Assembly (NCBI RefSeq): GCF_009914755.1
Contig: NC_060937.1
DNA length: 64,000 nucleotides
Source of the DNA: the human T2T-CHM13v2.0 reference genome, Homo sapiens
Direction: 5' to 3' (one strand)
Shown piece by piece: positions 12,701 through 25,148 of this stretch (position 1 is the first letter of the stretch; each line of letters begins with the position of its first letter). The notes under the pieces were generated by a model. It made no database searches. It was given only the letters and a program-made list of their open reading frames with translations, and was not told the origin of the DNA. The position numbers and the translations under genes are program-made.

Positions 12701-15700
12701 TAACATTTAATTTGTACTCTATGGGGGTAGGTTGGAAATTAAATAGTGTTTAATTTTAATATTTTTATGAAGTCTATATTTCTTTTGGCATATGGAATCA
12801 ACTAATAAAATTTTAAAATAATTTTTATTTTTCTTAAAATTAATACTTTCCTATAAATATATAATTATAAACTTTTATTAAAATTTACAATTTGCCTAAG
12901 ACTATTTTTCAATATATTTTCTTATGTTTTATCTAAAAGAAAAAATCTTAGCAATGGTATTTTGGAAATGATAACCTTCTATTTTCATCTTATAAGAATA
13001 ATAAGGTAATTTCCAAGCACTTAACTGTCCAAAACACCAAACAAAACAAAATAAAAGCAATTAAAGCATTTGCGGTTTCAAATTCTCCTTTCTTTAAGTT
13101 TCTGTTATAGTAAGTTGAAAATATAAACCACAAACCCTTTTTAAAAACTATGTACAGACAAACAACTTTTTCTTCACCTTTGAAAATGTTGGAACTAACA
13201 TTTAAAAGAAAAAAAAGGAAATTTAAGCAAAATTTTACTTTTGTAAGTGCTTGATAAGAATGTGGTTTTTAACTACCTTGTGAAATTTTAATATGGTTAG
13301 GAAGAGCTTTTTTCTATGAATCAGCCACATATCATATATTTTATTTTTTCATTACTTTATAACACAAAGACCAAAATCCTGTTCTCTCTGCTATCAGTTA
13401 ATAAAACATTTCCTGAATTATTTAACTTCCTTACAAATTCAAACCATTTTTATGTTTTTATCATTTTTCTGTCAACAGTCAAATTCCAAAGGGAAACACT
13501 ATTTATGTTCATGTTTGCTTTTATTTAAAATTGTTTGATTTTAAAAGGTGTAGCAAGAGCAGTGCTGTGTTTGTTTGACTCTGGCTGATATATGTTATTA
13601 TGGGTTGACTTTGAGTAAATTGCCATCTTGTTTGCTTAGAAAAAGAAAGATAGAGCTAATTGAATGAAAACACCATACAAAGGATTACAACAGTCCATTT
13701 TCTTTATTTGAAATATGTCAATGCTGAAATATGAATTTGAAAGTACTATATGTAAAATATAGCAAAGATTAAAATGGTTCTTGAGGATATCTTTTGTTTA
13801 AAATATGGTAATTTACATGCGAGAAATCATATTAATTTTCTGTGGCAAGCACATTTTATATTTCAGAAGAAAGTTATTGACTTAATATTTACAGAGGCAT
13901 TTTTATTGTTTTAAATCATTGCATTATTACAGCTGCTTTAGTCTGTTAATGTTTGTTCATCTTAATCAGAAGCTTGAATAATACATACATTTATCATTAA
14001 ATGCCCTTATAGTTTGAAAAGTCTTATATTTTCCTACAGTTCGTTTGTTAGGGAAAATGCCTTAATGCTATTAACATTTTTTTAAAGATTTTAAAACATT
14101 TTCTATGTTGTCCCTAGATATTCAAAAGCAAGATAAATTATAATGTGATCAAAAAGATAATTGGGCTTTTAAAAATATGTGCAATACTAGTAAAAAATAA
14201 ATAATACCTATAATAATTTCTATATTATATATACATTTTTGGTTTGTAGCTCAAAATGCATCAATTTAAACAATGTCTCACACATTGTTTTAAGTCACTC
14301 ATTTTTGCAATACTTTATCTTCTTTTAAAACAAAATAACATTCTATAGTGCAACTTTCTTTAAAACAGAACACTTTGAAAAATCAATTGGTCATTTGCAA
14401 TGCAAGATATTCTAAACTTATAACATCAGTTTTTCTCCTCTAATTAATTTATCTCAATTAACCGAACAATACAGTCAGTTAGGTAAATTATAGTTTATCA
14501 TCATTGTATATGTTCCAAATTCAATGCAATTGTTTTTTTAGTTTCTAGACACAGATTGTGAATGAGGGTTTTCCTAGACAAAAGTTGTTCCATGAATGAT
14601 CTTTTCTCCTTATGTTCCTCTTCGTGTCTTCATGTGGTATTTTAATATCAGGTTTCTTCCAAGCTGGTATTCTGCAGAATGACATTTTTTTTTTTTTCTG
14701 ACTGATTTTTCCTACCCTTAGATGGATAGGAAATTTTCTTGGAATTAATTTTATTTAGAATTTATTTTATTAATCTGATGAAATTACTTTTGTTTTTCCA
14801 AAAGTTAATGATAATGATAGATTAATAATGTATTGTTCCAAATAGTAATATATTTGCATTTTAACCTTTCCTTAGTCCTTGCATAGAATCAAGGTACACT
14901 GTAAGGAGAAGTGTTTGGAGGCTGATGAGTCAGTTGTCACTTGTCCTACTCCATTGTCAGGTACTTAGAGGTATTGGTATGGCTGTTGATTTCTTTAGTT
15001 TTGAGAGGCAAGTCTCAAAACAGAAATCAGAGTGTGCTATCGGAAATCTTCAAAACAGAAACTTCATCATGATGAAGTCTTATTCATCATTCATGTATTA
15101 ACAGCTGTTCTCTCTTCTCACATGTAGTTCTACTTTAGATAGCATCTAAAGCACAGGCAGACCGTATTGTAGAGTTAAAAAAAGATGTCTGTCTTCAACA
15201 TTTATGATAGTGGGTAAGAAATCCCAAGGTTTGTGTTTTTGTTTTTTTTTTCCAAATGCATTCTGTTAAACAGAGACATGTTCTGGGACACCTTGGTCAA
15301 ATTTCCCCATATAAGTACAGCATTTTTTTTTATCACACACCATACAATTGGAAACAGATGCAATTAGCTGATGTATATTATGCAAGAATCTGTATACTCA
15401 GATTTCCCAGATTATAAATTTCACATGTACATTCACATATGCATAATACATTTTAAAGATTTCTACAAAAAGCCTTTCACCCCCCCAAATTATGTTTACT
15501 AAAGAAGAAAGTGAGAACTGTTGCTGTCTTACTCCTCAGTGCCTCATGTCATCGAACGGTGATGTAAACAGTTCCCATGGTCACCACTTCTGTCCCAGGC
15601 CATTGAATTGCAAAGGTCAGAATGTCTTCCCATGCCTTGTAAAACAATTGCCTGCAGAGTAGAAAAAAAGTGTTAATGGATCATAAAAATCATTCATACA

Positions 15701-15792
15701 TTCAGAAAAGAAAGAAGTAGCAGCAGAGAGCTCAAAATGAGAGTGGTTATATACATTTAAATACACAAATTTAAGCATAAAGAATATAAATT

Positions 15793-15970
15793 ACTCTATG
15801 GAATAGGTACTATTTTTCCCATTTTATGGATGAAAAAAAATGAGGCAGCAAAAGTTAAAGGAACTTTCTCAAAGTCATATAAATACTAAGTGGCAGAGGT
15901 GAAATATGAATACAAATAATGAGGTAATCTGTTTCCAAAATCTATGCTCAGAAACATTGCACCACATTGC
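15793..15970 (-). mobile_element. MIR
   Basis: cccattttatggatgaaaaaaaatgaggc...aaagtcatataaatactaagtggcagag. Confidence 0.7.
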
Positions 15971-16004
15971 CTAAATAAAGGTACCACTAATAAAAAAGAT
16001 TGAT

Positions 16005-16220
16005 GACAGTTATTGTGCACTTATTAGTTACAAATCAACTACCTATGTGGCATTTTTTTAAATTTAATTCTCAAGACAAACCAGTGAAATAGATATTATT
16101 TCCATTTTACTGAGGAGAAAACTGAGGAAGAGAGATGTTTACTGACATGTTTGAAGTCAAATAGTTTGTAAGGAGTTGAAGCAGAATTTGGGTTCAAATC
16201 TATTTGAATCAAGCTTTAAA
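16005..16220 (-). mobile_element. MIR
   Basis: atttaattctcaagacaaaccagtgaaatagatattatttccattttactgaggagaaaactgagg. Confidence 0.7.
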
Positions 16221-17157
16221 AGTCTTCATTATTGTCATTGAATGGATAAATAGATAGGTACATGGAAAGATAGATGATTAGATTTATGGGTATGTTTGTA
16301 CACAAGTACATATGCATACTCCCTGAAATATGGATATAAATGGGTTTATGAATGTATATCATGTTTATGCATTCATATTTGTTTGTCATAAAATAAAAAA
16401 GTGAATAATAAAAAAGTGTGGAATAATAATTTAAAAATATTTTACAGTCTGATTTTTATTTTTATTTCAATGAACTAAGTTTATGACTTAGAGTACATGA
16501 GATAGTATGGAGAATGGGGGCAAAACAATTGAAAAGTTCAAGCTGTTCCTGGATTTGAGATCTCCCTGGATTTGAGACCTCCCTGAAGATAGGATAAATA
16601 ATCATTATATTTCTAATGCACATCACAATATATAGTACATAACAGGAAATTAGGGAATATTTGGATTGGTGTGGCCTATTGATGTTATTTATTGAAACAC
16701 TTTGGAACAAATTCTATAGGCTGAGTTGATAATTTTGATGTGAGTATGCCAAAGGGGCATCAGTTACTATTTCCCTTTTATGAGCTATCTAGAAGCATGA
16801 GGAGAAATTGTGTTCATGGAAACCTCCCTTTAGCCAGGACTTTGGTGCATGCTGGAGTATTTTTCTTAAGAGAAGTCATAATTCTAACTCAATACCTGTC
16901 TTTTTTTCTGACTTCTTAACTTACAATTTGTTGCAAATGTTTCTTGTTTAATTCAACTATTATTTATATAAGTGAGAAAACTTAGTTTCAGGAGATAAAA
17001 GTTTAGTGATAGTTTCAGGCAGTAAACTTCACAATCTACATGACACTCTATGTGAAGCAAAATGTTTTTCATTTCTAGGAATTATTCTCAGATAATTCAT
17101 GTGGTCAATATATCTTTAATAACTCCCTAATAGTTACTATTTTTAAAAGTGATTCAA

Positions 17158-17228
17158 CTATAGTATTATGTGAATATATATAACAGCAGTGTTACATATC
17201 ACTATGTGATATTCACATAATACTATAG
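17158..17228. repeat. Perfect 20-bp inverted repeat with 31-bp spacer
   Basis: ctatagtattatgtgaatat (17158-17177) and atattcacataatactatag (17209-17228). Confidence 0.95.
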
Positions 17229-19049
17229 CATTTATGATCAATTATATTATTTCATGATCATGAACTAATGTATTTTATAGTTATCAATTCCAAATATTAT
17301 TTCTTAATGTAGAATTTATTTTCAAGACAAGAGTGCCATAGATTTGTTTTAAGAATATATTCTAGTAACTGGTAGAAGTCATGGTTACATTTTAAAAAAT
17401 AAACTAAACAAATAGCTAGAATAAAGAAAAGGAGAACAACCCGCAATCATAGGGAAGACATAACAGCTAACTTGCACAGGTAAAGCACATCTTTATTACT
17501 TGGTGTTGTTGTGATTATATTCAGTTTTTTCATACTGTTAAAGAAGGAAATATTTAATCATAACTTAGAATTAAAAGGTTTATTGTAGATGCTACATATT
17601 CAAGTACTAAAATGATCTAACAAAAAGTCACTTACAATAAGGTACACTACTTTTTTAAGATTAATTTTACAAAATAAGCATAGTTATTTATTTAAGCATT
17701 TCATAATAAAATATGTTTTAGATTTGGATATTATATGAACAACTATTTTCCTCTTTGAATCCCAGGTGCACAGACAAATGCAACAGATAGAAAGATTAGC
17801 AGCATCAGTAAAATTCTACAATGTCAGCACATTGAAGAGGTACTGGTATCTATTTTGCATGCGAGTTCTACAAATCTCTATTTCTTTGAATATTGAACTT
17901 TGAGAGAAGCAGCAAAAACCTTTTGGTGTTTATGGGAGGATTTGGGTTCATTTTAAAGATCTCTTAAGAAGAGTGAGAGATTGTTTAAGACTATAAATGT
18001 CTTTATTGGAATTATGCTCTTACCCTCATTTATTTTAACAAGATTTGTAATGCATTCTGGCCCTTGATCTCTTAGCTGGAAACACTGCCTGTTGTTCCAT
18101 TATTCCACCATCCATTTGCAAATAACAATACATCAGAACCTTTTCTTGCTACAGAAACAATGCCCTTTATTTGAGAAAGGACATTGTTTTGACAGATAAA
18201 GTAGGCATTTGATAAATTGAAACAGGTTTTGAATTATTTTGAGAGAATGTGTGCTACATCTGTCTGCTGATATTCCACTGAAGTAGTGCTTAACTTCCTT
18301 GTCTGTTTGTGATTTATTGAGCTACAGAAAAGGTTAGGAAAATTTCGTGGCTCTTCTCATTTAATTTGTAAGAGAATCAAATAGCATTTGTTAATGTTTA
18401 TGATATTTAAAAGGCAAAATTACTCCTAAACTTTTATTCACAGTAGACATTGTAGTGACACCTAAAACAAAAGAATATATTAAATGGAATTATTATTCTT
18501 ACATTAGTAAATTCATGCTGGAGAAATTTTAAAAAAAAAGCACTAATGTAAAATTATTGTCCCAAACCAGTAATTTTAGGTAGCACAGAATTTTAAATTA
18601 GATCTTATGCAAAAAGTTTACTTTTGGAATAATGCAGATGTAGCAAGCCATGAGGAAACACCAAATCTACTAGGAGTACATGACAAAAAGAGTTTTGGAA
18701 AAAAATATATTAACACCCCATATTCCTTTTTTTACTAAATGAATTTCTAACTTACAGAATTCTTCCTTGAACAATAAAAATTCTTCTTGAAAAGGTAATT
18801 ATAGCCACAGACAAAAGCTTCCCAATTGAAAAGTCATTTAAATTTATCAGCTTTCATAAGCAGAAAATTTTATAGAGCATTTTCAAATTAATAAATTGTT
18901 CCCTCCTAAATACAGAAAGAACACACTACAGCATGCAAAATAGGCTTATTTTGATTTATCATATAGATCCATATTATCTTAAACTTTGCTATCAGCATTC
19001 AAAATTTAAAAATCTATTTTTGAAATTATTTTTGAGTCTATATTTCCAT

Positions 19050-19165
19050 ATAGTCCTTAAGTTAGCAGAGGTTGAATTATCATCCCCATTCAACAAATAA
19101 GGACATTGAGGGAGAAAGGATCAAAGGTCACAGAGTTGTGGCTAAGATGGTATGATGAGAGGTGT
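19050..19165 (-). mobile_element. MIR fragment
   Basis: tatcatccccattcaacaaataaggacattgagg...aaggtcacagag. Confidence 0.5.
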
Positions 19166-19235
19166 TTAATCTCTAGTGCTTCTTTCAGTAGGCCACACCC
19201 CCAAGAGCTGCATAAAGTTTAAGAATTACCTGCTT

Positions 19236-19357
19236 GGCTGGGTGCAGTGACTCATCCCAGTGCTTCAGGGGATCAGGGCGAGAGGATCTCTTAAAGCCAG
19301 GAGGGTGAGACCAGCCTGGGCAACATAGGGAGACCAGATCTGTTAAAAAAGAAAAAG
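19236..19357 (+). mobile_element. FLAM / Alu left monomer
   Basis: ggctgggtgcagtgactca...gaggatctcttaaagccaggag...gagaccagcctgggcaacatag followed by an A-rich tail; monomer length. Confidence 0.85.
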
Positions 19358-19899
19358 CATCAGATGCTCTATATGGACACTGTGCAAGCACTGTTAAATA
19401 CCTGGTGTGCAAAGCACATTGTTGTTTATAGCTTTATGCCAGAAACAAATAAACCATGGTACCCTAAATGTCCTCATTTCTTGAACAATGTTGGTTTCAG
19501 GTGTACTTAGTAGCAGAAAAAAAAAAAAAAGTTTATATTTTCTATTGCTTCTTAAATCATGTCTTATTTTTCTCTCTCTGTTATCAGAATATGCTTTGGC
19601 TCTCTTATTCTCTCCTTCCCCCACCCCCATTCTCATACACACATACACATGATTTTGAATTCTGAATATTCAAAATCCATGGTTAAGCCAAGACAATCTA
19701 TTGCTAACAATCGAGGCATTGCAAAATTGTTGTTTATTTTCACTTTAGGGGTCACTCCTAAATAATGCATACAATTAATATCTCTGCTGCCCCAATATAC
19801 AGTCATCAGTGATATAATGACTGATTATGTCAGCCCTTCCTAACTCCAACAAAACTTTTGTATGCATACTGAAAAGCAGGATGTTGGGTAACAGTAGGG

Positions 19900-20250
19900 C
19901 ATTTAGTCAGTTAACAAATATTTGTTGAGCAGTAATATGTGTCAAGCATACTTCTAGTTACTGGGAATTCAGCAGTGGCCAAAACACTCAAAAAAATCCT
20001 TGTCCTAATAGAACTTAATTCTGAGCTTTTAACAGGTGTAATTCCTCCCCTCATCCTCCTTTCTTCCCTCCCTCCCTCCCTCCCTTCCTTCCTCCTTCCC
20101 CTTGTCTCAATTCATTTCCTTTCTTTTCCTTTTCCTCCTTTTATTTACTCACTCATGTATTCATACTAACAACCATTCAATCAGTATTTGCCAGACACTG
20201 TGCAAGGCACTACTTCAAGAAATAGCAGCACTGTAGACAGATATAGTGTT
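19900..20250 (-). mobile_element. L2 3'-end fragments flanking a CT-rich tract (20043-20140)
   Basis: aacaaatatttgttgagc...ctagttactgggaattcagcagtg; tgccagacactgtgcaaggcac. Confidence 0.6.
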
Positions 20251-20864
20251 TTAAGTACACATGCCATGAATGGAATCTACCTTATTTTCATTTTGTAGGC
20301 TAAAATATTATCTATATTCCACAATTACCACCTAATTGTTTCGGTAATCAATTATCAGATATCAATTCATCTGATGAAACTTTTCTAAGTTTGCATATTG
20401 TAAAGTGAGAGAAGATGTTATCATGTGATGTGAGAGCACACATATTTTTCTGATAAAATACAATTTGCATAATAATGCACACACACCTCTATTAATTTAT
20501 GTTTTGCCAAAAATAAATTACATATTACTTCTAATGTAGCTTCTTTACATTTTAAGATCATAGGAGCATTTCATTGAATTCACTGTTTATCTGTTAATAT
20601 TTGTTTTAAACTTTAAAGTGTAAGAATAAAAGACCCATTCTTATTTTATTTTTCCACTACTATACTGCCCTTTAGAAAAACAAAAATGTGTCTTTATTCA
20701 CATATGTGCTGCCAAAAAATACAAACCTTTCCTTTCTATGGTCCTATGGCCACTCTTGCTCCTCCTGTCCCCAGTCCCTCTATGCACATCAAGAAATTTA
20801 TATTTTTATAACCCTATAGAATGCTTTCCTCTTTGTATCACTTTTGCCTATAATGCCTCTATTT

Positions 20865-21087
20865 CAATGTATCTCATCCTTGGCACTGTTGAGAATTTGG
20901 GACAGACAATTTATTATTTTTTCCGGTAGGTGGGGTTAAGGGCTCTCTTGAGCATTGTAGGGTGTGTAGCAGCATCCCTGGCCTCTACCCACCAGATGCC
21001 AGTAGCACGGCTACTTACTCACATGCGACAATCAAAAATGTCCCTAAACATTGCTAAATCCCCTCTGAAGTGCCAATCGAATCACTG
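20865..21087 (-). mobile_element. MER20 (hAT-Charlie non-autonomous DNA transposon)
   Basis: agcagcatccctggcctctacccaccagatgccagtagc; gacaatcaaaaatgtcc; terminus gaatcactg. Confidence 0.88.
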
Positions 21088-21254
21088 CTTTTATCTAACG
21101 TTGACTCCAATTGGCAACAATAATTCATTCTTTAAGATATACCTTAAATATACATCCTTTAAAGCCCCTGTTCAACTTCAAATTACAAATGAAGACTCTA
21201 GGCTTTGTGCTTGCCATGTAAATTTTTTGCTTTTCCTTATTTCTCTTATTTCAC

Positions 21255-21400
21255 TTATTTACTTACTGTTACCTGTACTAGATTACAAGTCCCTCAAGAT
21301 AAAGAAATAATTTTCTCATTTATTTTATATTTCCAGAGTATAGGACTGAAGCCAGTAAATACTTATTACCCAAATGCATGAAAGAAAACAAATGAATGGG
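21255..21400 (+). mobile_element. L2 3' end
   Basis: actagattacaagtccctcaagataaagaa...aaatgcatgaaagaaaacaaatgaatg. Confidence 0.55.
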
Positions 21401-22769
21401 ATTTAAAGATGCAGATTGATTAGGTATGAAAGACCCTGTAAACACATTGCTATCTAAGTTCATGGCTGTACTATTTTTAGAAAGAAAATGATACAAAACT
21501 GTAAAGTTCTCCACACATGAAAGCAACTGTAATGTACCTACTGATAACCCACTCCTGGACCATTTGTTATGGAACCAACAAATTCAATCAATTTCAATTT
21601 GTACTATTTCTGAAGGAAAGGCTTCAAGTTTTCAGGCTATATGAGGCACTATAATCATCTGTGGAAGCGCTTAAACTGCCTTATAGTCTTTCTCTCTGTG
21701 GGTATGTGTTTGTAACAGAAATGACCATTGTAGTTATTATGGAGCCTATTGCTATTTTTGTAAGAAATGCTAATAAGGATATAAGAATCCATCTGAACAG
21801 CAAATGTGTTCTAGTATAATTGCTAGTTACATTGGCTATTAATAAAATTTGTTTCTGTAATATACCTGTTACAAGAATAATTCTTTTGCACTGTATTTCC
21901 ATCAAGCATATAAGACAAATATGAACTATCAATTGATAAAACCTAATTTCAAATGTCTTTCTCTTCAGACTAATGTGGAAACTAGAGTTGTAATTATAAA
22001 TTGCTTGTACATATTAAAACTCTTAGCTCTAATCTTGTATATTTCCTATAAACCATATGATCGTTGGAAGATTTTGTATGTTTTGAACATGTATCCCTAT
22101 AGCACTTTCTATTTTTTACCAATGTTTTTCATTTTCATAAAGCAACATTTTAGTAATAATTTATAAAGCTTTTCTTTCTTAAACAGCAAGTCAAATGACT
22201 CAATTCTATTTCTAAACAGTATTATTTTATGAGAAAATTATTATTATTCTCTCAAATTTTTAAAATTATAATCTTTTTTTTTGCTTCAGCCTTTTAAGGA
22301 AAGCTTCTATAATTGGCTTACTTTCAAAGGATATAAAATATGTATTCATTAAGATGTCAATTAAATTTCAGAAATAATTTTGAAAGTGAAAAACAGAACA
22401 AGCAAGAATTTTGAAAAATATATTTAGAAACAAAGGCCCTAGTTGTTGCTGAATGAAATGTCAATCTAAATTCCCAAAGATGGCAAGTGGTTTAAATATT
22501 AAATTATGTATAAAACACTGTAAAAATAAATATGTACATAACTCATGAAGAATAACAGTACTCAGAATTTAAACTTCATTCAAGGAAACTTCAATAATTA
22601 GTCTTGAACTTTCCCAAATGATGACTTTTTGGAAACTATCAGAGTGAGTTTTCTGTCATGCCATTGTTTCTAACAATATCACTTAGTCAAAAGGAAACAA
22701 AAATACATTTTGAGAAAAACTGAAAGCTCCATTTTCTTTATAAAAGAGCTGTATTACTATATTTTTCAG

Positions 22770-24300
22770 AGGGGGGTATGTTAGTGAGGTATTTTTTGGT
22801 TTGAAGCTTTAGGGTGAGATACAGCAGGTGGCATTTAGGCTTATCGGTCAATTGGTAGACTCTGGCTCGGTTGTGTGGCTCCTCTATGTTTCCCCACAGT
22901 TGCATCTATGTTCCCTCTCAATGCTCTGAAAGTGTGGATTCCTCTCCCCCTTGAGTGCTGGCTGTAGATTGCGGCTTGGCACTCCTGGGCTGCCCAGTGC
23001 AGCTCTGAGCGATCTCAGTGCTTATGTTTCTTCCCCAGATTGGAAGAAGCAGATGAAGGGATCTTAATAGTGTTGTGTCCAAAGGTCCTTTGTTTGTCCC
23101 CTAGGGGTTCCACCCCAGGGAGATGCAGGTCAGCAATCGCTCAGTGCAATCAGCCCAGGATGGAGGGTCTGCTGTGGGCCCAAGCCAGGAGTTCCCTGTC
23201 TGGTTACTAGTGGTTGATTTGGGTGGAACTGGCCTCCTCTCCTAGGGTCGACCGCAGCTTGTTAGAGGTATGAATAAGGCCTTTGGGGTCTTTGCTCCTT
23301 TGTTAGTCTGAGGATGGCAAGGGCAGTTCCACTGCAGAGGCAGTGGCAAAGAGGCTTTCAGTTGACCCTGGAGGTTTTGTCCAGGGAGTTGCCAAGTTGC
23401 TACTGGCTTGGTAGCCCTGGAGGCGGGTAGCTGGGCCCCAGGCCCTCAAGGACCTGACCTGGGAGAAGATATGGGAACGGCTTCTCTCATGTAAGAGTCT
23501 GACCACTTTTCTGTAGATCTGCTGTGGTAAACTTGTAGCCTACTCCAGTCCCTAGTCACCTTGGATTTTCCAGAACCTGGAGGTGTCACCAGTGGAGGCT
23601 GTGAAACAAACAAACAAACAAACAAATGTCAGCCTCTCCCTCCCTCTGGGAGCTTTGTTCCAGGGAGGTATGGTCCTGTTGCTAGCCCAAAGGCACCTGT
23701 AGGAAGTGGCTGGAGACCTCAGTTGAGAGGACCTGCCCAGTGAGGAGGAGCGGGATAAAGGTCCCACTTAGGAAAGTAGTGTGGCCAGGTTTTGGTACAG
23801 CAGCTGTTCTGTGCAGGGAGTCCGCTTCAGCCCCTGGTCACCTCAGACACTCCAAGGCCCAAAGGCTAGAATGCCTAAGTTGCTCAAACAGCAAAGATGG
23901 TGGCCCACCCTCCCTCTGAGAGCTCTGTCTCAGGGCGGTTACAAATCTCTGTTGGCTGGAGAACACCGATGGGGGTGGCTGGATGCCCCAGTTGAACGGT
24001 CCTGCCCAGTGAGGAGGAATGAGACCTGCTTAAACAATCAGTATGGCCACCTTTTGGCAGAACAGCTGTGCTGTGCTGGGGGATCCTTTCCACCCACCCC
24101 ATCAACCCCTTGGCTCACACTCTCCAGTGCTGGGAGATCCTTTCCCTCCCTACCAACCCCATTGGCTCAGACTCTCCAATGGCCAAAGGCTGAAATGACT
24201 GTCTCCCAAACAGCAAAGATGGTGGCCTGCCATTCTTTCTAGAGGTGCTGTCCCAGGAAAAATTCAACTGGAGAACTAGTTCTCCCTCAGCTGGAGAACT
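22770..24300 (-). mobile_element. L1 5'UTR (older L1PA, ~PA13-16 type) with internal sub-repeats, antisense
   Basis: GC-rich block with repeated aaacagcaaagatggtggcc (23886, 24208) and cctgcccagtgaggagga (23732, 24001), matching antisense L1PA 5'UTR monomer motifs. Confidence 0.8.
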
Positions 24301-25148
24301 AGCATCTGTAAGGAACTTAAACAAATTTACAAGATAAAAACAAGCAATCCCATTAAAAAGTGGGCAAAGAACATGAACATACACTTTTCAAGAAAAGAAG
24401 ATATACACGGCCAAGAAGCACGTGAAAGAAAGCTCAATAGTGCTAATCATTAGAGAAATGCAAATAAAAACCACAATAAGATACCATCTCACACCAGACA
24501 GAACGGCTATTACTAAAAAGTCAAAAAATAACAGAATCTGGCAAGGTTGTGTAGAAAAGGGAATGCTTATACGTGGTCATTGGGAGTGTAAATTAGTTCA
24601 CCCATTGTGGAAAGCAGTGTGGTGGTTCCTCAAAGAGCTAAAAATAGAACTACAATTCAACCCAGCAATCCCATTACTGAGTATATACCCAAAGAAATAT
24701 AAATTACTCTACCATAAAGACACATGAATGCATATGTTAATTGCAGCACTATTCCAAAAGCAAAGACATGGAATCAATCTAGGTGCCCATCAATGGTGGA
24801 TAAAAGAAAATGTGGTACATATACACCATGGAATACTATGAAGCCATAAAAAAGAAGGAGATCATATCCTTTGCAGGAAACGGAGCTGGAGGCCATCATT
24901 CTTAGCGAACTAAAGCAGGAACAGAAAACCAAGTTCCACATGTTCTCACTTGTAAATGGGAGCTAAATTATGAGAATTTATGAACACAAAGAAGGAAAGA
25001 AGAGACACTGGGGTGGGAAAGGAGTAGAATAGATAACTATTCTTATAAGGTACTGGGCTTAATACCTGGGTGATGAAATAAACAACAAACCCCTGTGTTT
25101 ACCTATGTAAGAAACTTTCACATGTATCCCCAAACCTAAAATAAAGGT
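24301..25148 (+). mobile_element. L1PA (~PA11-14) ORF2 C-terminus and 3'UTR
   Basis: ORF 24422-24727 resembles ORF2p C-terminus (REMQIKTTIRYHLTP; WECKLVHPLWKAVW; PAIPLLSIYPK); 3'UTR ending aaacctaaaataaagg. Confidence 0.92.

Noticed and set aside
16547-16585. 17-bp tandem duplication; similar micro-duplications near 10939 and 26290
   Set aside because: Ordinary slippage events with no further structure
20930-21310. 126-aa ORF with a signal-peptide-like start
   Set aside because: GTG start; lies within MER20 and an L2 fragment
23303-24727. ORFs including the longest one (153 aa) and a GC-rich block resembling a promoter
   Set aside because: L1 5'UTR and ORF2 remnants; not a host CpG island or gene
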